IMG/VR virus record: IMGVR_UViG_3300037195_000852
Coordinates: 1 to 38,560 of that record
DNA from: a virus
Lineage: Duplodnaviria; Caudoviricetes
DNA length: 38,560 bases
Reading direction: 5' to 3' (one strand)
Below, one piece after another: positions 16,148-25,300 of this stretch. The translations under genes and the position numbers were made by a program. Within the stretch, counting starts at the first letter, position 1. Every line of letters starts with the position of its first letter. The notes under the pieces are model-generated. The model was not told where the DNA came from, did not search any database, and worked only from the letters and a program-made list of their open reading frames with translations.

Positions 16148-16783
16148 ATGTCTACAATGACTGAAACGCTAAAACACGAAGAAGCTCTGTTTATACCAAG
16201 TGAAAATGGTACAGCAGAGAGAGATGAGTATATTCCAAAGGTAGCTGGTGAATATCTAGGACATATTACTGATGCTCGTAGTCTAACAAGAGAGTTCACA
16301 AAGGACAACAGAACTTTTAAGGCACGTATATTTAACTTTAAAGTACATGTTGCACCTGAAAATAGAACCCAAGCATACACGATAACAAGTAAAGAGGGAA
16401 CTACAAAACAAATAACTGGCGAACACTATGTTGGTTGGGATATAGTTTCTGATGGTATATTTAGGTTCTTAGAGCCAACAGATACTGACAAATTTGAGTC
16501 TAATGCCGAAGGCAATAAAAGATACTTGATGTTTTGTCAATCTATTGGAATGGAAATACAAACTGAAGATCGTACAATAAATGGTAAAACTGTTAGAGTT
16601 CAACTTTTACCAGATGTTAAAGAAACTGATCTTAACGGAACTCCTGTAACTGCGGTTGTGGGACGTGGAAAAGATTGGATTAATGAAAAAGGTGAAACTG
16701 TTCCATCCTACAGATGTAAGTTTACTAAATTGTGGACAGATGGAAAACAATTAGAAACCACTACACATGATCTTCCGTTCTAG
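16148..16783 (+). CDS. Putative single-stranded DNA-binding protein
   Basis: Follows the annealase; beta-rich; C-terminal DLPF tail. Confidence 0.7.
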   Translation: MSTMTETLKHEEALFIPSENGTAERDEYIPKVAGEYLGHITDARSLTREFTKDNRTFKARIFNFKVHVAPENRTQAYTITSKEGTTKQITGEHYVGWDIVSDGIFRFLEPTDTDKFESNAEGNKRYLMFCQSIGMEIQTEDRTINGKTVRVQLLPDVKETDLNGTPVTAVVGRGKDWINEKGETVPSYRCKFTKLWTDGKQLETTTHDLPF

Positions 16784-16898
16784 GTTAAAGAAAAAGCTTG
16801 CACAGATGGCTGTAAAGGCTTTAAAAATGAAGCCTGATACTGTGGCTAAAAAGCTTAACATAAGCAGAGCTACAGTGTATAGGTATTTAAAAAAGTAA
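16767..16898 (+). CDS. 43-aa HTH protein (resolvase-type HTH)
   Basis: MIFRSRLKKKLAQMAVKALKMKPDTVAKKLNISRATVYRYLKK. Confidence 0.75.
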   Translation: MIFRSRLKKKLAQMAVKALKMKPDTVAKKLNISRATVYRYLKK

Positions 16899-17032
16899 TA
16901 GGTTGGCTCACCTAGCGAAAGCAAAGCAGCATCTAAGTTCGAGTATATTCCATGCTTGGACTCCTTTGGGGAGTTTCCTTAAGGTGCTCCCCTAAATTTA
17001 AAAATAAGGGCTGGTGAAAGTATCAGCCCTTA
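16899..17032 (+). ncRNA. Cluster of hairpins, putative structured RNA
   Basis: Stems AGTTCGAGTA/TGCTTGGACT, GGGGAGT/GCTCCCC and AAGGGCTGGT/ATCAGCCCTT. Confidence 0.45.
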
Positions 17033-17039
17033 AAGATTT

Positions 17040-17138
17040 ATGAATAAAGTAAGTAACGAAACTAAACTGTCAATACTCATCTTACTATGGATACTTGATA
17101 AGGCGGTAATGATATTATTGCTTTGGGCTATACGTTAA
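17040..17138 (+). CDS. 32-aa hydrophobic peptide
   Basis: MNKVSNETKLSILILLWILDKAVMILLLWAIR; no clear SD. Confidence 0.5.
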   Translation: MNKVSNETKLSILILLWILDKAVMILLLWAIR

Positions 17139-17223
17139 GCAGGTACGCTTCTTGATTGGACAACAACATAGTGTATCCGCACAAAACCTCATAGCTACCT
17201 GCTTTAACGTAAAAAGGAGATAA

Positions 17224-17460
17224 ATGAAAGACACACAAAATGGCTGGTTAATACAAACAGACCCATATGAGATGGCTAAAATAAAATATAAGAAGAGGGC
17301 AAATGACCATGACTACAGTCGCTTTAGAGTATGCTACTGTGTAAAATGCAATAAGGCTCACGAGAATGTATTTTATGCGGGCAAAGGAAAAAATGTATAT
17401 TACTATGATGATTTTCCTACCTATGGATTAAAGAGAATAATTTGTGATCGCTGTGGATAA
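17224..17460 (+). CDS. Zn-finger protein
   Basis: CVKC...CDRC; SD AAGGAG. Confidence 0.75.
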   Translation: MKDTQNGWLIQTDPYEMAKIKYKKRANDHDYSRFRVCYCVKCNKAHENVFYAGKGKNVYYYDDFPTYGLKRIICDRCG

Positions 17461-17584
17461 CTATGAGTTTATGAATATAATAAAACATTTAGTACAGGAA
17501 AAAAAAGACCTACAAAAGAGACTTGATATAATGGAAGAGATATTACATTCATATTTACCTGTAATAAAAGAGGAGAAAGAATGA
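17453..17584 (+). CDS. 43-aa coiled-coil protein (start GTG 17453 or ATG 17471)
   Basis: Fills the intergenic gap; TGA overlaps the next ATG. Confidence 0.55.
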   Translation: MDNYEFMNIIKHLVQEKKDLQKRLDIMEEILHSYLPVIKEEKE

Positions 17585-18006
17585 ACACTGAGATACTAAA
17601 CCTTGTAGGTAAACGCCTGATTAAAGGTGAGAAAAAATATGGACATGAGAATGTTACAAGTGATGGTAGAAATTTTGTACAAGAAGCATTAGAAGAAGCA
17701 TTAGATTGTGCTGTATATATATCAGCAAAATTAGTCGAAATACAACAACAAAATAAGGGAGCAAAAATAATGGGCAGAGCTATTGATATGGAAAATAGTA
17801 TAAATAGTTTAGAAAGCAGAGTAAAACTTATAGAAGATGCACTTGAAGAAATAATACAAACAAGAATGCATCATATAGATTTAACAGAAAACAATACTAA
17901 AAATATAGCAACAGAAGGTGTAGAAGTTAAGCCAGATAAAAAGTTTACACCAACTACTGGAAGAAGTAAAAAAACTACACGGAAAAAAACTGAAGCTATA
18001 GCATAA
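17581..18006 (+). CDS. All-alpha NTP-pyrophosphatase-like N-terminal domain fused to a coiled-coil/basic tail
   Basis: GEKKYG...R.FVQEALEEALDCAVY; internal SD and ATG at 17770. Confidence 0.65.
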   Translation: MNTEILNLVGKRLIKGEKKYGHENVTSDGRNFVQEALEEALDCAVYISAKLVEIQQQNKGAKIMGRAIDMENSINSLESRVKLIEDALEEIIQTRMHHIDLTENNTKNIATEGVEVKPDKKFTPTTGRSKKTTRKKTEAIA

Positions 18007-18055
18007 TTGCGTAAAACACCAGAGCAGAGGCTAAGAGAATACTTAAAAAGAAAAT

Positions 18056-18265
18056 ATGGCAGTTCCGACAATATCTTTATTAGAGATAAGTCCAAAGATA
18101 ACATACGAATGTTATATGTGCAAGTCATACACAAAAAAAAATAAGTTTCTCTGGAAAAGCTGGTTCACTGGTGATGAAATAACTATATGTAGAGATTGTG
18201 CCTACAAAGAACAGTTTGGTACAAAAAATATGAAAAAAGCAAAGAAAGACAGAGTACTTGAGTAA
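18056..18265 (+). CDS. Zn-finger protein
   Basis: CYMC...CRDC. Confidence 0.7.
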   Translation: MAVPTISLLEISPKITYECYMCKSYTKKNKFLWKSWFTGDEITICRDCAYKEQFGTKNMKKAKKDRVLE

Positions 18266-18473
18266 AAAGAAATTAACTAATAAAGAAACTACCAATGCTA
18301 TTATTGGACTTCACAATGACATTCTCTTTTTAAGAGAAGAAAGCCTTGAAACGAGAAGAGTAATTGCCTTATATTTAGAACATAAAGGAGAGACAGAAAG
18401 CTTTAATAAGTTCGTCAAGGCAAAGGTAGAAGGGTTTGAAAAACAACGATCTGAAGATAAGAGAGGAACTTGA
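18258..18473 (+). CDS. Hypothetical protein
   Basis: TTG start; tightly packed. Confidence 0.65.
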   Translation: MSKKKLTNKETTNAIIGLHNDILFLREESLETRRVIALYLEHKGETESFNKFVKAKVEGFEKQRSEDKRGT

Positions 18474-18810
18474 TACTGTATATATAGATTCAGGCGGTAC
18501 AAAGCACCTTGATTATATAAAAGCTTTGTGTGCGGAAGCTCAAATAGAAGCATGCAGAGAACGTAGACAACAACGAAGGCAAAAGATCATGGATATAGTA
18601 GAACTAATAGTGAATATACTTAAAAGTGAAAACTGGGGTGTGTATTATAAAAATCAACCCATACAACCATTGGAAATGCAAGATGGTAATTCACTGTATA
18701 AAGTAAATCAAGTTGACGAAGAAGAAATAGGAAAAGTAATAACAGAGGCGTTAGCTTGGGAAAATTCGCAAACAAATTTGGATCAGAACAAGAACTCCAA
18801 GACTGGTTAA
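18436..18810 (+). CDS. Hypothetical protein
   Basis: 124-aa ORF in operon orientation. Confidence 0.65.
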   Translation: MKNNDLKIREELDTVYIDSGGTKHLDYIKALCAEAQIEACRERRQQRRQKIMDIVELIVNILKSENWGVYYKNQPIQPLEMQDGNSLYKVNQVDEEEIGKVITEALAWENSQTNLDQNKNSKTG

Positions 18811-18959
18811 TATCTTTTTACGAGGAACAGTTACAAAAATTCCTCGATGATATTGGTGGGCACACAGAAAATGATGTAAAGATTACATCACGACTCATCA
18901 AGGTCACCATGAATAGGTATTCACAGTTATTGGAGAGAAATAGTGTTACTGATTGGTGA
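18756..18959 (+). CDS. Hypothetical protein
   Basis: SD GAGG followed by TTG. Confidence 0.6.
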   Translation: MGKFANKFGSEQELQDWLISFYEEQLQKFLDDIGGHTENDVKITSRLIKVTMNRYSQLLERNSVTDW

Positions 18960-19851
18960 TTGTTTTGAAAAAATAGATGAGATAGAAGAAAAGTCAGTGC
19001 AAGCAATTGTCACATCTCCTCCTTATTGGGGTCTCAGAGACTATAAGGTGGGTGGACAGCTTGGCGAGGAGCTTGTACCAGAAGACTTTGTACTTAAACT
19101 TACAGCCTTTTTCCGTAAAGCAAAACGTGTACTTAAAGATGATGGTACTTTGTGGATCAATATTGGAGACACATACTTCGGTGCTAAAGGTGGACACTGG
19201 GAAGGTGGAAATTCTATAACAAGTGATGAAACAGGTCACAACTATAGAATGCATCGTAAAGCACCACCTAAACATTCAAGACTTAAAATAAAAGATTTAA
19301 CTGGTGTCCCTTGGATGCTGGCTTTTTCACTTCAGAAAGATGGATGGTATCTACGCCAAGATATTATATGGCACAAGCCTAATCCTATGCCTGAAGCTGT
19401 AAAAGATAGATGTGTTAAGTCCCATGAATATATATTCTTATTGTCATTAAAGTCCAAGTATTATTTTGATTATAAAGCAATACAAGAGAAGGCTGTATTT
19501 GCAGGTGACAATAGAGGAGCAAGAAAAGACAGTAGAAGAGGTGAACTTCTTGCAAATTCTATAGCAGCAGTATCGCAGCCGACTGGAGAATTTAGGAACA
19601 AAAGAGATGTTTGGAGTATTAATACCGCACAATCAGGTGAGGCTCACTTCGCAGTCTTCCCCGAAAAGATACCAGAACTATGTATAAAAGCTGGAACAAA
19701 AGAAGGGGATGTGGTGTTAGACCCTTTCATGGGTAGTGGTACAACAGCAAATGTGGCTAAAAGACTTAGCAGAAAATGGATAGGTATTGAGCTTAATAAA
19801 GACTACGCCAAATTTATAAACACTAAGACAGCACAAGAGGAAATATTCTAA
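18943..19851 (+). CDS. Orphan DNA amino-methyltransferase, beta class (probably N4-cytosine)
   Basis: Catalytic TSPPY precedes the SAM-binding motif LDPFMGSGTT. Confidence 0.92.
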   Translation: MLLIGDCFEKIDEIEEKSVQAIVTSPPYWGLRDYKVGGQLGEELVPEDFVLKLTAFFRKAKRVLKDDGTLWINIGDTYFGAKGGHWEGGNSITSDETGHNYRMHRKAPPKHSRLKIKDLTGVPWMLAFSLQKDGWYLRQDIIWHKPNPMPEAVKDRCVKSHEYIFLLSLKSKYYFDYKAIQEKAVFAGDNRGARKDSRRGELLANSIAAVSQPTGEFRNKRDVWSINTAQSGEAHFAVFPEKIPELCIKAGTKEGDVVLDPFMGSGTTANVAKRLSRKWIGIELNKDYAKFINTKTAQEEIF

Positions 19852-19852
19852 T

Positions 19853-21202
19853 ATGACAAAAGAACTCCCAAATGATGTAACAATAGAACTTGCTGTAATT
19901 GGAACTGTTATTAACTATCCTTCCAAATTTAATGATATAGCGAAGTATATAGTATCAGATGGGGTGTGGTATGATGATAAGTGTAAAGTACTGTGGAGCG
20001 TGCTTGCTGGCATGATACAGAGAAGAGAGCATATTGACCTTATGACTATCTCTGCTAATTTAGATGCTGCTAATATAGCAATGGGAGTTGATAATATATT
20101 TGTTGTTGACTGTACGCAGAACTCAGGCACAAAAAGCACGGCAGAGATATATGCAAAGAAAATATATGAGAAGTATCTTTTACGTCTTGTTGTTGAATCA
20201 GCTAAAGAAATAGAAAAAAAGGCTATGGACAATAAAGTAAATGCTTTAGATGTGCTTGTCACAGCCCATACATCTATTGGAGAACTTATAAGTCTTAGGC
20301 CAGATAGTAGTTTTGATATTAATGAAGCTCTTGGTGATGCAATAGAATCAATAAGAAATACGGACAAACTACTTGTCAAAACTGGCTTTGCTGATGTTGA
20401 TAAATTTGCAGGTGGTCTTACAAGAGGAGAGATAACAATAGTAGGTGGACGGCCTGGTCATGGTAAATCTACCATGTTGCTAAATTTACTCTCAAATATT
20501 TTATCCCAAAAACGAAAAGTTCTTTTGTTTAACAGGGAACTTACAAACGTAGAAGTGTTGAAAAAACTTCTCGCATTGGAGTCAGGCAGACTTTCGTATG
20601 GAATGATACGTCAAGGTATATATGACACGAAACAATTGCAAGAGCTTGATAGAGTACGTGACTACATTGCAAAGAAATATAGTACAGATCGTTTCCGCAT
20701 GTACGATAAGATAAGAGACTTCCCATCTTCAGCAACAGAAATAAAAAAGTTTAAACCTGATGTAATATTTGATGATTATATCCAACTTATAACTCCAACA
20801 GGAAAAGAAGATCAACGAAGATTGCAGTTAGAACGTATAGTAAATGACTACAAATGGATTGCAAAAGAATATAATTGTGTAGTAATTTTAGCATCACAAT
20901 TAAACAGAGCTTTAGAGACGAGAGGGAATCCAAGACCACAATTATCAGACCTCGCAGAAAGCGGTGCTATTGAGCAAGTTGCAGAGAATGTATTCTTTGT
21001 TTATTATCCATACAAAGTGCCAGCAACAGCTAAGCCAGAAAACAAGAATGAATTAGTACTTGTAGCTGCGAAAGTAAGATACGGAGAAACAGGCTCAGTA
21101 CAAATGGCATATGATGGAGACAAATGTAAAATGTATAACAATGAAGATGAACTGTTCACACCACCACTAACAGAAATACAGCAAGATGAGATTCCATTTT
21201 AG
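19853..21202 (+). CDS. dnaB: DnaB-like replicative helicase
   Basis: Walker A GRPGHGKS, DYIQL, SQLNR, SDLAESGAIEQ and KVRYG. Confidence 0.95.
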   Translation: MTKELPNDVTIELAVIGTVINYPSKFNDIAKYIVSDGVWYDDKCKVLWSVLAGMIQRREHIDLMTISANLDAANIAMGVDNIFVVDCTQNSGTKSTAEIYAKKIYEKYLLRLVVESAKEIEKKAMDNKVNALDVLVTAHTSIGELISLRPDSSFDINEALGDAIESIRNTDKLLVKTGFADVDKFAGGLTRGEITIVGGRPGHGKSTMLLNLLSNILSQKRKVLLFNRELTNVEVLKKLLALESGRLSYGMIRQGIYDTKQLQELDRVRDYIAKKYSTDRFRMYDKIRDFPSSATEIKKFKPDVIFDDYIQLITPTGKEDQRRLQLERIVNDYKWIAKEYNCVVILASQLNRALETRGNPRPQLSDLAESGAIEQVAENVFFVYYPYKVPATAKPENKNELVLVAAKVRYGETGSVQMAYDGDKCKMYNNEDELFTPPLTEIQQDEIPF

Positions 21203-21721
21203 ATGAAGAGTCCATTCAGAAAAGTAATTGGAATTGACCCAGGAAAAGGTGGGGGAATATCTGTTATCACAGATGAGATAGTAAGGGTACACAACTGCCC
21301 TAAAACAGTTAACGATATGGCAACACTAATTGGGCTTTGTCTCAATGATGTCGCAGCATACAGGACAAAAGTATTTATGGAAAAGGTATGGGCATTCCCT
21401 ACAGATGGTAGGGCTGGCTCATTTACATTCGGTGAAAACTATGGACAATGGCAGGGAGTGCTAGCATCACATGAACTAAATCCAATACTTGTTACTCCAA
21501 AGATATGGCAGTCACATTTTGATATAAAAAAGGGACTACCAAAGGATGTAAGAAAAAGAATTTTAAAGAAAATGGCAATAGATAAATGTCCTGAAACAAA
21601 AGGGATCACACTAAAGACAGCAGATGCAATACTAATTGCAATACATGGGATAGAGGCACATTTAAGCACGGAATATGATTTACCTTGGGTAGACCCTACA
21701 AAAATGGAGAAAGTCCCATAA
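21203..21721 (+). CDS. RuvC-like Holliday junction resolvase
   Basis: IGIDPGKGGG, VFMEKV, FTFGENYG, VTPKIWQ and ADAILIA. Confidence 0.85.
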   Translation: MKSPFRKVIGIDPGKGGGISVITDEIVRVHNCPKTVNDMATLIGLCLNDVAAYRTKVFMEKVWAFPTDGRAGSFTFGENYGQWQGVLASHELNPILVTPKIWQSHFDIKKGLPKDVRKRILKKMAIDKCPETKGITLKTADAILIAIHGIEAHLSTEYDLPWVDPTKMEKVP

Positions 21722-22306
21722 ATGGGCACTACAGAGGCTGTTAATCAGCTGTATTACATTGATAGTGAAGGGAACTATCATAAATGTCACAAATTACTAC
21801 CAGACATACGAAGAATATTTGGAGAGATAGAAGTCATGAATGGAGAATTAGTAGAAATAATAACAAATAAACAGGCAGGCAAGAACTTTAAAGATTCACT
21901 TAACATTGGACATAGAAGTGAAGATGCTGTATGTGCTAAGATAAAAAAGAAGTATCCTAAAGCACATGTCATGGAAGGATACTGTAAAGGCTATGATATA
22001 TATGTACCAGAGACTAAAAAGAAAATAGAAGTAAAGCAAGATAAGAAATCAAACTATACAGGTAATATAGTTGTTGAGATTGAGTTTAATGGTAAGCCTT
22101 CCGCACTTTCAACTACCGAAGCAGACTACTGGGTGTTTGATGATGGTGAGATTTATATATGGATAACGCCTGAGACATTGAGACAAGTAGTAGAACCATT
22201 TAAGCCTGTTAAGTTTGTTGGTAATGGAGACAACAAGGAAAAGCTGGCATACTTAATAAAGAAAGATATTATTAAAAGGAATGCTTTAAAGGTGGATAAG
22301 TATTAA
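21722..22306 (+). CDS. PD-(D/E)XK nuclease-fold protein
   Basis: GHRSE...YDIY....IEVKQD...TGNIVVE; possible later start at M39. Confidence 0.7.
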   Translation: MGTTEAVNQLYYIDSEGNYHKCHKLLPDIRRIFGEIEVMNGELVEIITNKQAGKNFKDSLNIGHRSEDAVCAKIKKKYPKAHVMEGYCKGYDIYVPETKKKIEVKQDKKSNYTGNIVVEIEFNGKPSALSTTEADYWVFDDGEIYIWITPETLRQVVEPFKPVKFVGNGDNKEKLAYLIKKDIIKRNALKVDKY

Positions 22307-25300
22307 TACCTATCGTAGTATGGAGAGTAATTAAGTTTATACTTTGACTGCTGTACAGTTGACAACAATTTCCTAAGCTTAAAGTTAAAGGTTTTCTCAG
22401 AATTTAAAGCTTGTCTATATACGTCATTATCATAATTCTTTAAATAATTCAAAAACTCACTACGCTTAGACATCTCTCTTCCTTTAACCTCGGCACTAAA
22501 ATTGACAGGATTCATACTTTTTAATGATTGTTCAATACTTCTCATTGCCTGCTTTCTTCTATACCCCTGACTTATATAGCCATCTCTAAGCATCTCCGTA
22601 TCTATCTGTGCCAATGCTGCATAGTAAGATTTAGCAAATTCTTTCTCATCTCCTCTCCAAAAATTATTTTTTAAATCTCTGTAGTATACTTGACGTGCTG
22701 TGTTTAGTTTAAACTGAGGAGTATCATAACCTTTTTCTTTTTTAAATGAGCGAGCAGCAGTTCTAAATTTGTTCCATTCCTTCACCTCTGGGTAAAATAA
22801 TCTATCCCATTGCCTAGATGTATGTCCAACTATAGAGACGCTTGTCTTGGTTACATGCTTCATAGCATCAGTCCATCCCTTTGGATTGGTAGGATCAGTC
22901 ATTACTGTGGATACACCTTCAACCAAAGACCTTGCACCTCTAATCATATATGGCTCAAAGAAATCTGTAGCAAAACTGGGGTCTACACCAAACTTTGTAT
23001 CATTATTCCCTCCGTATATTGGAGATGAATGAGGATTAAGTATATGAGAAAACATTCCAAGAAACTCTGCTCTCCATGCCATTTGTAGAACTGTCTTCCA
23101 TTTATCATCACTCATCTCATGCATTTGATCTTGACCCATAATGTATTTATAGAATGCATATAAACCTGCACCTGTAAATACAGAGCCAGCAGAATATCTA
23201 ACAAGTGGCATTACATTCCCTACTTCCCATATAGGTCTAAATACATTTGTCCACATTCCTGCCGTAGCAGATGTAGCCATTCTTGTAAAAAGTGTAAGAG
23301 GTCTCCACGCCCCAGAACTCATCCAAAGAGGTAATGTAATTGGATCAGTAAGACCTTGTGTAGCCCCTTGTCCAAAAAACTCTGCTTTTTTCATCATCCA
23401 TGCATATTGATAAGAGTTGTTAGTCTCTGTATATGGATTAGTTTTAGTTTTAGAGTTCAAGTCTTCATACTTTGTTTTTTTAATAAATTGTATTTCTTCT
23501 GGTGTCCATCTAAATAAATTTTTAGCTGTAAATTCAAATTGCTTGTTAAGCATTTTTTTGCCCATATATTTATGAACTACATTTTTATGACCTTTAATAG
23601 CATCAACAAGTTGCTGTGCATACATCCTATTGGCAGTACTAGAGCCTATTCTAGCTATATCTTCCGTTGGCGAAACTAAATTAATTTTAAATATAGACTC
23701 TGTTGTTAAATATTTTCCTAAAGGTAATTTTTCTGTTAGTCCTATTTCCTCAAATATACTTTTTTGAGTTTTAGTGACAGTATCCATGAAATTTGTATAA
23801 CCTTTTTCGCCTTGTTCTTTTCTGTGAACTGGATCAAAAGTCTTTAACCATCCCTGAAGAGTAGTTCGTAAAGGTCTTATAGCCATATCAAAGGTAAAAC
23901 CAACTGTTACATTCTTAAAACCAGGTACAATTGGTGTTGACATACCCGAAACAGCACCAGTAGATGCTAATATTCCGCCAAACCTATATAATCCCCTATT
24001 ATGCCTTTCTTTATAAGAACCTTCCATGCCAAGCGTTGATTCTAACCACATGCCAATATAATCAGCCCACTTAGAATCCACCTTTAATCCATCTGGTGCT
24101 TTTGCTCTTCCACTCAAATAATCCAATAGATTATTTTTCCAACTACCCACCTTTAGCTTCTTTCCAAGTGATGAAAATTCTGGAACATGTCTCCATGTTG
24201 ATAAATGATCTGCCTGTGAATTTCCATAATAATCAAAGCTATCATTCCAATTTTCTAAATAAGATTTAATTTTCTGAGTCTTTCCTTTTGCATCTTTAAT
24301 AGTAACGTATCTTGGGAATAATACACCACGTTCCATGAAAGCTGGATTTTCAAGTTTATGTGGCTTCATTGTCATATAATTATATACTATATCTGCAACA
24401 GTAGCTTTAGTCGTATCGTCATTTTTAAGTCTTGCCCGCTCTTCACTCACATCATCTTTATATTTATCAAGAGCCTTTTTAAACTGCGAGTCTTTCTTAA
24501 AATCTTTTTTTACAGGCTTTTTTATATTCTTTCTTATTTGAGCATTGATATACTTTGTGGTTTCCTCAGCCATCATCTTTTCAAGCCCTATGGCTTCATC
24601 AAAAAACTTCGTAGAAGACTCTATAGCTTCAAGTAGTTTTGGATTTACTTTTCTCACATGGTAATCTTCTTGGTACATTTTCCCACGCAAGTCTTCAAGC
24701 TGTTCCCTTATGCGAGGATTTTTTGTAACCTCTTCTCCATACTTACCCCACAGTCCCCAAATTTCATCAAAATAATCTTCTAAATGTTTCTTAACCCTAT
24801 ACTCCCAAGTACCTTCTTTATAAGAATTATCTATTCTCCTTATCTCTTCAGAGGTGAGTTCACCATTTTTTCTCCAAAACCTTTGTATTTCAGGGTCTTT
24901 TATAAGAATAGCTAAATCCATGTCTTTTATCTTGGGAACTTCTTTTTTAATTAGATTGGTATACTTATTTTTTATTGCTACAACAGCTCTTTTAGTCACA
25001 AGCCTATCTAAGAATGGTTGAATAATCCTCTGACCACCTTTCCCTGCTAGCTTTTCATTAAAAAATACTTGCATTGGACTCGTAAAAACTCTTCTAACAG
25101 CACCTGGAAATTTACCAAATGTATCTGAATGCATTTTTTCTATCATCATATCAGAATGTGATTTTTCTGGTTGTAATTTTTCATGCCCACTTATCCAACT
25201 TAATATATAATCAACAGTACTTTTAGTTTGAATATTTTCCCACTCACCATCCTTGACACCAATAGATTTAAGCTTTTCTTTTATCTCAGAATTCTTTACA

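Noticed and set aside
18943-22306. Methyltransferase plus PD-(D/E)XK nuclease as a restriction-modification pair
   Set aside because: They are separated by DnaB and the RuvC-like gene, and both are commonly stand-alone in phage replication modules.
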